Shown: positions 19,326 to 29,004 of the stretch, one piece after another
How the letters are laid out: the number at the start of each line of letters is the position of its first letter
Position numbering within the stretch: the stretch's first letter is position 1
From: Candidatus Pacearchaeota archaeon
GTDB lineage: Archaea; Nanobdellota; Nanobdellia; Pacearchaeales; UBA284
NCBI GenBank assembly: GCA_038894195.1
Contig: JAWAPZ010000004.1
Coordinates: 1 to 58,089 of the forward strand
Direction: 5' to 3'
DNA: 58,089 nucleotides
Notes under the pieces: generated by a model
Database searches by the model: none
What the model saw: the letters and a program-made list of their open reading frames with translations, nothing else
What the model was told of the DNA's origin: nothing
Translations under genes and position numbers: made by a program

Positions 19326-19327
19326 TT

Positions 19328-19786
19328 TTACAGTTTTTCAGAAAAGTTTTTTTCGAGTACTTTAAGTTGATCCTTAATGTCTTGAATTTCCTGTTGCCAA
19401 TTTGCAAGTTCCTGTGCTTCTTTTTCTTTAATTTCCTCTAATTTCGAAATAATGGATTCAAGATCATCTAATCTTTTTTCCAGGGCAAGGATTGTTTCAA
19501 CTATTTCCTTAAAGTTTTCAACACGTATGAATATTGGTTTTTCAGGACTGTGCTTAAAAACATCTTTAACTATGGCGCCTTCTTTTTTTATCGTTAGAGA
19601 AGAAAGTTCCGATCGAATGTCTGATTTCCAGGGTTCTAATTCCATGCTCCCAAATTCTTTTCTTTTAGCTGATTCCTCTAATTTTTCTCTAGCATGCTCT
19701 TCACTAGCTGGGACATCAAAACCGAAATCTTCAGGACCATAACCAGGAGGCTCTGGAACAATTGTTTTCTTTTTCTTGAATATCAT
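19328..19786 (-). CDS. coiled-coil hypothetical protein
   Basis: PIFIRVENF followed by a long heptad region. Confidence 0.75.
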   Translation of the reverse strand: MIFKKKKTIVPEPPGYGPEDFGFDVPASEEHAREKLEESAKRKEFGSMELEPWKSDIRSELSSLTIKKEGAIVKDVFKHSPEKPIFIRVENFKEIVETILALEKRLDDLESIISKLEEIKEKEAQELANWQQEIQDIKDQLKVLEKNFSEKL

Positions 19787-19883
19787 CTTTGGAAAAATTT
19801 AAAAATATCAAAATATTTTTTCCTTTACAAGCAAAAAGACGAATGCATATAAACCTTTCTTGTCACTCTATTATGACAAAAAA

Positions 19884-20486
19884 ATGAAATTAGGAAAAAA
19901 GGAAAAAGCTAGAGTTTTTGAATTGATTAAAGAACTTATTAAGAAAGTTGGAGGAAAAAACAGCGAGGCTATCGCATCTTTACTCTATGACAAAAAAAAC
20001 GTAAATGAGTTTAAGTTAGCAGACAAACTGAAGATGACAATAAATCAAGTTAGGAACATTCTATACAAGTTGTTAGAGCACAATATACTAAGTTCTACAA
20101 GAAAAAAAGATAAGAAAAAGGGGTGGTATACTTACTACTGGACTCTTGAAACAGACAAGTCACTTGAAGCTCTTAAAAAAATAAAAAAACAAGAGGTTAA
20201 AGCATTAGAACAACTTAAACATAGTAGACAAGTCAAACAATATTATTCCTGCCCAAACAATTGTATAGAGTTAACAGCTGAAACTGCCATGCTGCACGAT
20301 TTTATGTGCCCGGAATGCGGGACACTTTTACAACCATCAAACGAGGACAAAACAATAAAAGAGATATCCTCAAAAATAGAAACTCTTAACCATGAAATAG
20401 AAGAAATAGATTCTTTCTTAAAGCACTTTACAGCAGTGCAGCCTAAAGTGAAAATTAAGAAAGTGAAGAAAAAAAAGAGGAAATAA
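19884..20486 (+). CDS. tfe: transcription factor E (TFE alpha)
   Basis: NEFKLA...INQVRNILYKL, GWYTYYW, FMCPECG; ATG at 19884 preferred. Confidence 0.92.
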   Translation: MKLGKKEKARVFELIKELIKKVGGKNSEAIASLLYDKKNVNEFKLADKLKMTINQVRNILYKLLEHNILSSTRKKDKKKGWYTYYWTLETDKSLEALKKIKKQEVKALEQLKHSRQVKQYYSCPNNCIELTAETAMLHDFMCPECGTLLQPSNEDKTIKEISSKIETLNHEIEEIDSFLKHFTAVQPKVKIKKVKKKKRK

Positions 20487-20487
20487 G

Positions 20488-21132
20488 ATGCGTCACCAAG
20501 CTCATGGTCTAAGTTTAACTGTGTGGATTATAATAATAAATACAATTATATTTTTTTTAGTACTTGTTTTGCAGGCATCTTTTGGTTCAGAATTTTTATA
20601 CAAAATTGCTGTTCAGCCAGCAGCAATTTTAAATGGAAAAAATTTATGGACTCTCGCAACAAATATGTTTGTGCATGCAAGTTCTATTCATTTGTTTGTA
20701 AATATGTTAAGCTTGTATTTTATTGGCACATTTCTTGAAAGATTAATAGGTAAAAAAAGATTTATCCTAATATATCTGCTTTCTGGTATACTGGCCTCTT
20801 TATTTTTTGTGTTTCTTGCGTCACAATCACAACTTGAAATTCCTGCAGTTGGAGCCTCAGGAGCAATCTTCGGAATTGCGGGGGTTCTAGCATTGATAAC
20901 ACCAAGAGTTCCAGTGTACATATTTTTTATTCCAATTGCAATTCCGCTGTGGATCGGCGTTGTTGTAGCGCTTGCAATAATGTGGCTCGCAAGTCTTGCA
21001 GCCGGCCTTCCGATAGGAAATACAGCACATCTTGGAGGCTTGGTAGCTGGTCTTATTTATGGTTATTATCTAAGAAAAAGGCACGCAAAAAAAGTTGCGT
21101 TGCTTGATAGAATGTTCAAGAGAATGTATTAG
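20488..21132 (+). CDS. rhomboid intramembrane serine protease
   Basis: HLFVNM, GASGAIFG, AHLGG. Confidence 0.93.
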   Translation: MRHQAHGLSLTVWIIIINTIIFFLVLVLQASFGSEFLYKIAVQPAAILNGKNLWTLATNMFVHASSIHLFVNMLSLYFIGTFLERLIGKKRFILIYLLSGILASLFFVFLASQSQLEIPAVGASGAIFGIAGVLALITPRVPVYIFFIPIAIPLWIGVVVALAIMWLASLAAGLPIGNTAHLGGLVAGLIYGYYLRKRHAKKVALLDRMFKRMY

Positions 21133-21193
21133 TTCTAATTAAATTTTTCAAAATGCCCAAACTCTTCTAAAATAATCACAGATTTCATAAAAA

Positions 21194-21901
21194 TCAGTGT
21201 AAAAATTCTTCGCCAATCCCTAATTCAGCAGGCACGATCAAACAAAACGGTTCTTTGATTTTGATCTCTTTGTTTATAAGTTGTTTAATTTTTCCTAAAA
21301 AAACTGTCTGTTCTGAAGTTCCGAGTTGAGACGCGACAATAATATCCTTTCCAGTTAATTCATTGCTTTTATCAACCTCGATCAATTCTTGTAGAGCTTC
21401 CCTTAAAGACAAACCAGGATCAATTAACAATAAAGTGTGCGCTCCAATCGACAAATTTTCTTTAATTATCTGAAAAAAACTTGTTGGTTTGTAATTTTCC
21501 TGCCATCTTGGCAAGCTTGTTGTTTTGCCAAATTTATAAAGTGACAAGCCAGTATCAGAAATTACATTTAAGATACTTGTATTGTGAATAACTTGAAATT
21601 TCACTTTTTCTTTTTTAGCCTCGCGCACTAATGCTATATGTGTTGTTGCTGCAAGAGGATCGCCATAAACAAGTAACACGATATCTTGCCTCTTTGCTTC
21701 TTTAATAAGAAAATCTGATTCTACTGTGTCACGATCTAGAGAAATTAAATCTCTTTTTATCAATTTTTCTAACTCACTTATTTTATAAGGTAGAGTTGTT
21801 GTATATGTTTCTAAATAAACCTTGTCACATTTTTTAATCGCTTCTAAAGCTCTCAATGAAATGTCTTTCAAGTCTAGGCCTAAACCGATTATATATAACA
21901 T
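21194..21901 (-). CDS. dph5: diphthine synthase
   Basis: MLYIIGLGL, YLETYT, GDPLAATTH, YKFGKT, HTLLL. Confidence 0.93.
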   Translation of the reverse strand: MLYIIGLGLDLKDISLRALEAIKKCDKVYLETYTTTLPYKISELEKLIKRDLISLDRDTVESDFLIKEAKRQDIVLLVYGDPLAATTHIALVREAKKEKVKFQVIHNTSILNVISDTGLSLYKFGKTTSLPRWQENYKPTSFFQIIKENLSIGAHTLLLIDPGLSLREALQELIEVDKSNELTGKDIIVASQLGTSEQTVFLGKIKQLINKEIKIKEPFCLIVPAELGIGEEFLH

Positions 21902-21906
21902 AAAGA

Positions 21907-22689
21907 TTAAAATAAGATAGTATTTTTAATTTTATTCTTTTCACAATACTCTTGAATTTTTTCTTTTTCTTTTTTATAAAAGGCTATAAGCTGTTGTGCG
22001 TCTAGTTCTTGCTGTAAATTGTGTTTAAAAACAAATTTTTTTATTGCGTCATAAACACCGGCTCTGAAGTTAAGCCGGTCAAAATAATAAAAATCTGTAA
22101 AACTACTTGTATCTTGAATTATTTTTATTGTGTCAGTTATTTTTGGTATTATTGGCCCTACGAAAACGTAAGTCTTAATTCCTCTTTCATGCAACTTCTT
22201 CAAAGCTTTAATTCTTTCAGAAGGCAAATCTGCTTTCGGTTCTAATTCTTTACTCAAAAAATCATCACAAATTATTGTAAAACCAACTTCTGCTTTAAGC
22301 TTTTTGATCAATTCAAGATCCCGTAGAATAAGGATTGATTTTGTTTGTATCGAGATGTCAAATTTTTTATTGCTCCTCGCAAGACTATTTAAGCAAGATT
22401 TTGTTATCTTGCATTTTGTCTCAAGAGGCTGGTAAGGGTCACAAACAGAACCTATTAAAACTGAACCATTTTTTGCTTTTGAAAGATCCTTTTTTAAAAT
22501 TTCTCGAGCATTTTTCTTTACAAAAACGAATTTACCCCACTCATCAAGAGACTTGCCAGCATATTTTCCAATGAATCTTGCATAACAATAAATACAGGCG
22601 TGTTCACAACCAGTATAAGGATTAATACAATAATTACATATTTTTGATCTTGTCAAAATAGTCTGACAATATTTTTCTTTAACTTGCAT
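21907..22689 (-). CDS. radical SAM protein (SplB-like family)
   Basis: NPYTGCEHACIYCYA, DPYQP. Confidence 0.88.
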   Translation of the reverse strand: MQVKEKYCQTILTRSKICNYCINPYTGCEHACIYCYARFIGKYAGKSLDEWGKFVFVKKNAREILKKDLSKAKNGSVLIGSVCDPYQPLETKCKITKSCLNSLARSNKKFDISIQTKSILILRDLELIKKLKAEVGFTIICDDFLSKELEPKADLPSERIKALKKLHERGIKTYVFVGPIIPKITDTIKIIQDTSSFTDFYYFDRLNFRAGVYDAIKKFVFKHNLQQELDAQQLIAFYKKEKEKIQEYCEKNKIKNTILF

Positions 22690-22842
22690 TTAAAATTTAA
22701 GAACACTGATTTAATAATTATTTCGCTTTTCAAAACAATAAGTTTGCCAGGACAAAAAGATTATGTGCACCATTTATTTATTTAATTTTTTATATTTTAA
22801 ATTATAAAAAAGTTTACATATCCTTCTAAAGATGAATTTTTT

Positions 22843-23232
22843 ATGGACAATAAAAAAATTAAAAAGATTACAAATAGCTTAAGTTTAGATGATTTAGTAT
22901 GTATTTATACTCATCCTGATAATGAAAAGAAAAACCAGGTTATCATTATGAGATATCACGGACAAACGGATAAAAATAATAACAAAGAAGTGTATTTAAT
23001 TGGGCCGGGAATTCTGGCAGATATAGTCAATTTGTGGGGAAATAAGCATATAAACAGAATAGAAACTATTAAATGGTATATCATACCTTTAGAAGATGAA
23101 AACCATATTGAAGATCTGACCGTTGGCTTGGATCTTATAGTAGAAAAATTAAACAGAAAAAATTTAACCTATTTAGCTGATCTGGCAAAACATCTATATA
23201 ATAATTTACCTAAAGTGAATAAAGAAAATTAA
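22843..23232 (+). CDS. hypothetical protein
   Basis: 129-aa ORF. Confidence 0.6.
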   Translation: MDNKKIKKITNSLSLDDLVCIYTHPDNEKKNQVIIMRYHGQTDKNNNKEVYLIGPGILADIVNLWGNKHINRIETIKWYIIPLEDENHIEDLTVGLDLIVEKLNRKNLTYLADLAKHLYNNLPKVNKEN

Positions 23233-23492
23233 TTATTCTTTCTTGCCATTATCAATGCAGCAAGTGCAAGTAAAAAAATAAAAACAAAAACAGCAAGTAA
23301 TAACAATAAGTTTGTTCCACTACTAAAAAATAAACTTAAAACAATAACAACAAGACAAGCAAGCATTATTAATTTAAACCACTTGCGACCTGGTTTGAGT
23401 TCTTCTTTGCAAGTATTTGCTATTAATAGGCCAACTGGAAATCCCGACAAGCTAATCAGTCCAACTATTAGATACTGCCATATTTGTATCAT
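23229..23492 (-). CDS. small membrane protein
   Basis: Three hydrophobic segments, EELKPGRKWF loop. Confidence 0.75.
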   Translation of the reverse strand: MIQIWQYLIVGLISLSGFPVGLLIANTCKEELKPGRKWFKLIMLACLVVIVLSLFFSSGTNLLLLLAVFVFIFLLALAALIMARKNN

Positions 23493-24250
23493 CTTAAATT
23501 AAAGAATTCTTGAGCATTTAAATCTGTTTGTTTTTCAACTTCAAGCAAAGAGAGTTTTTTTATTTCAGCAATCTTCTGACAAGCAATTTTAACATTAATT
23601 GGCTCGCCAAATTCTTGTCCTTCTTGCTTGAACCAAGGAGAGTCAGTTTCAAGCAAGATTCTGTTCAAAGGACAATCTCTTGCAATTTTTTTAATGTTTT
23701 TACTTTTCAATATGCTAGGACCAAATGAAACAAACCAGTTATTTTCAATAACCCTAGAAAATTGTTGTTTTTCTTGGAGAAGATGCATCAAAACTTTTTT
23801 TCTTTGCATTTCCTCTTCCTCAAGAATTTTAATAGCCTCTTCACTCGCTTCTCGAGAGTGAACAACAAGAGGTAAGTTTAATTCTTTTGCAAGTTTAATA
23901 AATTTCAAGAACAATTCTTTTTGTTTTTCTCTAGCCTCTTGTTCTTGAACATAATGATAATCAAGGCCAATTTCACCAATTGCTGAGATTTTATTAAGAT
24001 GATAATGAATAAATTGTATTACATGATTGATTTGTTTTTCATTTATATCTTTAATGTAAGTTGGATGCAAGCCAATGCAAATTTTGACAAATGGTTTAAA
24101 TTTTTGATAAATATTCAAAGTTTTTTTCAAATCTTGAGGATGCGCACAAGATGTAACAATAAACCTAAGCTCTTTTCTCCATTTTTCCATAAAGAAATCT
24201 AATTTCCCATCATATTCTTTCTGCTCAAGATGACAGTGGCAATCTATCAT
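23489..24250 (-). CDS. tatD: TatD family hydrolase
   Basis: DCHCH, GLHP, GEIGLD, VHSR, LETDSP. Confidence 0.93.
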   Translation of the reverse strand: MIDCHCHLEQKEYDGKLDFFMEKWRKELRFIVTSCAHPQDLKKTLNIYQKFKPFVKICIGLHPTYIKDINEKQINHVIQFIHYHLNKISAIGEIGLDYHYVQEQEAREKQKELFLKFIKLAKELNLPLVVHSREASEEAIKILEEEEMQRKKVLMHLLQEKQQFSRVIENNWFVSFGPSILKSKNIKKIARDCPLNRILLETDSPWFKQEGQEFGEPINVKIACQKIAEIKKLSLLEVEKQTDLNAQEFFNLR

Positions 24251-24330
24251 AAAAATTAGAACATCTCAAGACTTAAAAAACTTTATAAATACTATAAGTT
24301 TATAATTACTATAAAATAAAATAAGATAGA

Positions 24331-24555
24331 ATGGCAAAAGAGGCTATAAAAAGTAAAAAGCAATTTAGCTTGATTGCTTGGCTTGTTACAACTATCTTAA
24401 TTCTCTTATTTCTATCTTATGTTAGCTATTATAAAGAAGAAAAACTTGCCAGCAAGACAGTTTTTCAGCTGCCTCAACAACCGACAGAGCAAACAATACA
24501 ACAGCCGACAGAAGAATCATCTGAAAGCGGAGCCATTTTTCAGTTGCCAAAATAA
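24331..24555 (+). CDS. small single-TM protein
   Basis: N-terminal TM; QQPTE and FQLP each occur twice. Confidence 0.6.
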   Translation: MAKEAIKSKKQFSLIAWLVTTILILLFLSYVSYYKEEKLASKTVFQLPQQPTEQTIQQPTEESSESGAIFQLPK

Positions 24556-24562
24556 AGATAAC

Positions 24563-24973
24563 TTAAAGTTCATTCCACAATTCAACACATATATGATATC
24601 TAGGAAATTTGCCAGTTTCATAAAGCCAAACATAAACTTCTGTCTTGGTTTTCCATTCCTCACTTTTTTTAAACTTTTCCCATAATGCTGCGTAGATTGC
24701 CTTAATTTCTTTTGGAACATCAAAAGTTACGAAACGCGTATCTGGATATGCTCCTCCTCTTACCTTACTAGCAAGTTCAGAAACTTCTTTGTCAGACAAA
24801 CTTAAAAACTTGGACTCAAGAACATTTAATTCTTCATCTAATTTGTCTAGAATTAATCTTTCTTTTTGAGATTTTCCTTGAAAGTATCTAAATCTTAAAT
24901 CAACATTAGACTCAAGTTTTCTTTTTATCATTAACATGGTTTCATAAGCTTCCCTAAACATTTCGGTTCCCAT
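24563..24973 (-). CDS. hypothetical protein
   Basis: 136-aa ORF. Confidence 0.65.
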   Translation of the reverse strand: MGTEMFREAYETMLMIKRKLESNVDLRFRYFQGKSQKERLILDKLDEELNVLESKFLSLSDKEVSELASKVRGGAYPDTRFVTFDVPKEIKAIYAALWEKFKKSEEWKTKTEVYVWLYETGKFPRYHICVELWNEL

Positions 24974-25067
24974 ATAATTTTCTAAAAATTAAAATTATTA
25001 AATTTTGCTGTTCTAAAAAACAAGATAAAGATAAATTTAAAAATTTCTAATTATTTATTGTTATGAT

Positions 25068-25198
25068 GGGCCCGTAGCTCAGTTGGATAGAGCACTAGCC
25101 TTCTACATAAAAAACCTCCAGCGGTTTTTTATGAATTCCAGCAACCATGCCGAGAAGAGGTTAGCTAGGGGTCGCAGGTTCGAGGCCTGTCGGGCCCG
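25068..25198 (+). tRNA. tRNA-Arg(TCT) with 57-nt intron (25106-25162)
   Basis: GGGCCCG/CGGGCCC acceptor stem, CTAGC-CT-TCT-A...A-GCTAG; CTTC pairs with intron GAGG (BHB-type helix). Confidence 0.92.
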
Positions 25199-25201
25199 TC
25201 T

Positions 25202-26764
25202 ATGTTTGAGATGATAAAAGAAAAAGAAGAGAGCAAATACTGGGCTGATCAAGTTGCAAGAAGAATAGTTGAAAAACACAAAAAAAAGGTCTATGTGTTA
25301 AGAGCAGGTCTCTCAGCAAGTGGCGTAATACATGCTGGAAAACTTAGAGAACCAATGACAGTTCATTTTGTAGAAAAAGCTCTCAAGAATTTAAAAAAGA
25401 AAACAAAATTTATATGCTACTTCGATGATTTCGATAGATTAAGAAAAATTCCATCAAATGTTCCAAAAGAATGGGAAAAATATATTGGTATGCCGGTCTG
25501 CTGGGCCCCAGATCCATGGAAATGCCACAAATCTTATGCAAAACATTTTATAGAACCATTCAAAAAAGAATCTAGTAAACTTGGAATCAAAGCAACTTTT
25601 TTACTAGAATCAGAACAGTATCTAAAATGTGTATATAAAGATGAAATAAAAAAAGCACTACTTGAAAGAGAAGAGTTAAAAAAAATTTTAAATAAATTTA
25701 GAGAAACTCCACTTGAAGAAGATTGGTGGCCTGCGAAAGTTTTCTGTGAAATCTGTAAAAAGGACGATACAAAAATAATAGACTACGATAAAGAGTATAC
25801 CGTAACTTACACATGTAAATGTGACAATAAAAAAAGAATTCTCAACTTTTCACGAAAAGGTTGGATAAAACTTTTATGGCGAATAGAAACCCCAATGAAA
25901 TGGAAATTTTATGATACTGTATTTGAGCCATGGGGCAAAGATCATTTCTCTCCAGGAGGAACTTTTGACACTGGAAAAGAAATAGCAAAAAGTGTATGGC
26001 CCTTTGAAGTGCCTGAGTTAGTCGCTTACAATCAAATACGTTTGAAAGGCCAAGGAGTGAAAATGTCAAGCTCGCAAGGAAACGTTATATCCCCAACCGA
26101 TCTCCTTGAAATTTGGCCAGTTGAAATAATTAAATACATTTACGCAGGAACAAGACCAAACAAAGAATTTGCACTGCCGATAGACGATGATTTTTTAAAA
26201 GTTTATGAGGATTTTTATTTTGCAGAAAGGATATACTATGGAAAAGAAAAAGTAAGTAAGAGAGATGAACAACACTGGAAAAGGGTCTACGAAATGTGCA
26301 TAACTCCAGGAAAAGAAATGCCAGTACAACCAGCAATAAAAACTTGTATTGAATTTTTAAATATATTCAGAAACACGGATAAAGCTGCTGAAAAATATGC
26401 AGAATTCTTTAACATAAAAAAAAGTAAAAGATTAAAACAAATAATGACATGCGTTAAAAACTGGTTAGAAAAATATGCAAAAGAAGATTATAAATTTGAG
26501 TTGCAAGAAGAGCCAAAAGTAATTTTGAAAGAAAACGAGAAAAAAGCAATAAAAGACTTGGCTGAATTCTTAAAAGAAAAAATAAAAGAAGAGGAATTGT
26601 CTCAAGAGCTATATAACATTGCCAAAAAAAATAATCTACAGGTTCCAGAATTCTTCAAAACATGCTACAAGGTTCTTGTAAATAAAGAGCATGGCCCAAG
26701 GCTCGCTCCTTTCATACTGGCAATCGGCCAAGAAAAAATCAGAAAAATTCTAGAAAAGGTTTAG
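25202..26764 (+). CDS. lysS: lysine--tRNA ligase, class I
   Basis: YWAD, SASGVIHAGKLRE (HIGH-like), EPWGKDH, KMSSSQGN, GPRLAPF. Confidence 0.95.
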   Translation: MFEMIKEKEESKYWADQVARRIVEKHKKKVYVLRAGLSASGVIHAGKLREPMTVHFVEKALKNLKKKTKFICYFDDFDRLRKIPSNVPKEWEKYIGMPVCWAPDPWKCHKSYAKHFIEPFKKESSKLGIKATFLLESEQYLKCVYKDEIKKALLEREELKKILNKFRETPLEEDWWPAKVFCEICKKDDTKIIDYDKEYTVTYTCKCDNKKRILNFSRKGWIKLLWRIETPMKWKFYDTVFEPWGKDHFSPGGTFDTGKEIAKSVWPFEVPELVAYNQIRLKGQGVKMSSSQGNVISPTDLLEIWPVEIIKYIYAGTRPNKEFALPIDDDFLKVYEDFYFAERIYYGKEKVSKRDEQHWKRVYEMCITPGKEMPVQPAIKTCIEFLNIFRNTDKAAEKYAEFFNIKKSKRLKQIMTCVKNWLEKYAKEDYKFELQEEPKVILKENEKKAIKDLAEFLKEKIKEEELSQELYNIAKKNNLQVPEFFKTCYKVLVNKEHGPRLAPFILAIGQEKIRKILEKV

Positions 26765-27215
26765 AAGTACATAAGCACGTTAATTTCACTCTAGTAAATC
26801 AAAGGACTCACAAATCATTCATTTTACAATAAAAAATGACGTCCTCTTCAGCTGAGCCGAAGTTTCTTAAATTATGCTCATGGATGAGAAAGGAACGTTA
26901 GATAATACAATTAAAATTTATGAGAAAGCTTGTAAGGAAAGAAAGGCTATGGAACTAAGAAGGAAGACATCTGCAAAAAGGAAGTGATTTAGTTTCTATT
27001 TGAACATTGCCGCAAGATAAAGGCTTTTTCGAGATTTGATTGTTTTTTTTAGTTTTTCATTTCTCACTCAGCATAAACTCGACTTTGGCAATAGACTTCT
27101 TAACTTCATCAAGATAATGGTCAAGTTTCTGCAACAAACTAGCTTAGCGTGCCTTTTTTCCTTTCTTTAACAGATTACCTGTAAAACACGTAGGTGCTTA
27201 TGCGCTTTGCATTTA

Positions 27216-27321
27216 AGCACGGGGAGGGACTTGCACCCCCGAATATCCGCTAACCACACAAGTTAAGGGAATGTGTCCCTTATTCTGCAGGCGGACGCCG
27301 TAGCTACTGGGCCACCCGTGC
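27216..27321 (-). tRNA. tRNA-Cys(GCA) with 33-nt intron (27284-27252)
   Basis: GCACGGG/CCCGTGC acceptor stem, TCCGC-CT-GCA-G...A-GCGGA, U73 discriminator. Confidence 0.92.
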
Positions 27322-27406
27322 ATAAATTTTTATGTTCTAAAACATTATAAATTTTTCCTTACCAAAAAGATTTAAATATAGCTTTTACATTAAATTAAAA
27401 TAAAAA

Positions 27407-27742
27407 ATGCCAAAAAAATTTAAAAAAGAGGACGACTCAAAAGTAGCTGGTTGGTTTTTTTTAATAGCAGTAGTCATAGCTTTAGTCTTTGGAGCAATAT
27501 CAGCTAACTGGACAGTGCCATTACTGCTAGTGATAGGGATCGTACTTGGTTTGTTGTGCTTGGCCATTAGAGAAACAACAGAATTCTTGTTAACTTCTTT
27601 CTTTCTGGTGATTATCGGAGCTATAACTCCTTTAATATTTTCAGAAATAGGAATAGTTGCCTTAATGATAAAGAGCATTGCAGTGATTTTTACGCCAATT
27701 ACGATAATAATAGCCTTAAAACACGTCTTTAGGTCAAGATAA
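27407..27742 (+). CDS. small multi-TM membrane protein
   Basis: Four hydrophobic segments. Confidence 0.75.
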   Translation: MPKKFKKEDDSKVAGWFFLIAVVIALVFGAISANWTVPLLLVIGIVLGLLCLAIRETTEFLLTSFFLVIIGAITPLIFSEIGIVALMIKSIAVIFTPITIIIALKHVFRSR

Positions 27743-27745
27743 AAA

Positions 27746-28534
27746 TTAAGTAAGTTTAAAAGCAGGGAGCAAAAAAGAAGTCATAGCTTTGCTAAAGAAT
27801 GGACTATTAAATAGTATAGCAATATCGTCTTCTTCTGTTTCCGGGGTTATTGTTATAATGGCTTTTTCATTATCAACTATGCAAAATCTTCCATTCACTT
27901 TAATTTTTTTAATAGGAACGCCCAATAACTTTGAAAGATTTACCAAACTTCCATCCTCTCTATCATTTGAACTTGAAGCTATGAGTATTTTAACATTATT
28001 TTGTTTAAGTTTTTCGAAGATTGGTTTTAAGAAGTGTGCCTTTCTTTTAAGTTCTTGTGGGTTTGAAACCATTATGACTTCTTTTTTTGCAGTACTAACA
28101 AGGTCCTTAATATGGCTGTATATGTTCGCGCGCCCCCTAATAGCTGCACTAAGATCCCCTGGATTTACTGGCTTTATGCCATCGTTATAAAGATTTTCTA
28201 GTTCCCTAAAATCCTCTGAATCCCTTATTCCAACAAGATTCTTTACACGAGTCTCTGCTTCCTTAAGAATTCTTCCTTTAATCCTTTCAAGAACAATAGC
28301 TGGCTTAACAGCAATATATTTAACCGGTTTTCCAAGTTTGGCTATTGCAAATCCTTGCTTTTCTAAACTTTCAAGAACATCATAAACTCTGCTACGAGGA
28401 ACACCACTCACTTCAGCAATTTCGCCTACACTGGCCATATTCCTACTAAGAAGGGCAAGCCAAACTTTACTTTCATAGATATTCAAATTAAAGTGATATT
28501 TAACTTTTTTAACTAATTCTGGTTTTATTGTCAT
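27746..28534 (-). CDS. TrmB family transcriptional regulator
   Basis: LNIYESKVW, SGVPRSRVYDVLESLEKQGF, GKPVKY. Confidence 0.92.
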   Translation of the reverse strand: MTIKPELVKKVKYHFNLNIYESKVWLALLSRNMASVGEIAEVSGVPRSRVYDVLESLEKQGFAIAKLGKPVKYIAVKPAIVLERIKGRILKEAETRVKNLVGIRDSEDFRELENLYNDGIKPVNPGDLSAAIRGRANIYSHIKDLVSTAKKEVIMVSNPQELKRKAHFLKPIFEKLKQNNVKILIASSSNDREDGSLVNLSKLLGVPIKKIKVNGRFCIVDNEKAIITITPETEEDDIAILFNSPFFSKAMTSFLLPAFKLT

Positions 28535-28783
28535 TTTAAACTAAATTATTTTACCACTTTAAAAGGAAAACATAATTTATAAATCTTTCGGTATGTAATC
28601 TCTTTTATGTAACAACAAAAATTAAAAAGACTAATAAGTGTTGTAAAATTCATAACAAAAATCCTTTTTTAAAATCAGAAAAACGATTGCACCGCAAAAT
28701 TTTTAAATTTTTTTATCGAAAGATTTAAAAACCATTGTGAATCAATTTTTATAGACGAATATAAGGGATAGACACCTTAAAAA

Positions 28784-28993
28784 ATGCACGTTCTGCAGCC
28801 AAAACACTCTTTGCTTAAACCCGAAGAAGCTGAAAAACTATTTTCAGAATTGAATATAAACAAATTTCAATTACCAAAAATAACAAAGCACGATCCAGCT
28901 TTGCCAAAAGAAGCAAAAATTGGTGACGTAGTAAAAATAGAAAGAAAAGTTGGAGATAAAAAAACGGTGTTCTATCGTGTTGTTGTTCCTTGA
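28784..28993 (+). CDS. rpoH: RNA polymerase subunit H (Rpo5)
   Basis: HVLQPKH, LPKI..DP, GDVVKIER, YRVV. Confidence 0.96.
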   Translation: MHVLQPKHSLLKPEEAEKLFSELNINKFQLPKITKHDPALPKEAKIGDVVKIERKVGDKKTVFYRVVVP

Positions 28994-29004
28994 ATCATTC
29001 AAAA

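Noticed and set aside
24460-24550. QQPTE and FQLP duplications
   Set aside because: Ordinary low-complexity linker duplication.
26765-27215. Pseudogene or integrated-element scar next to the tRNA-Cys 3' end
   Set aside because: Only short broken frames; no recognisable family, att duplication or integrase.
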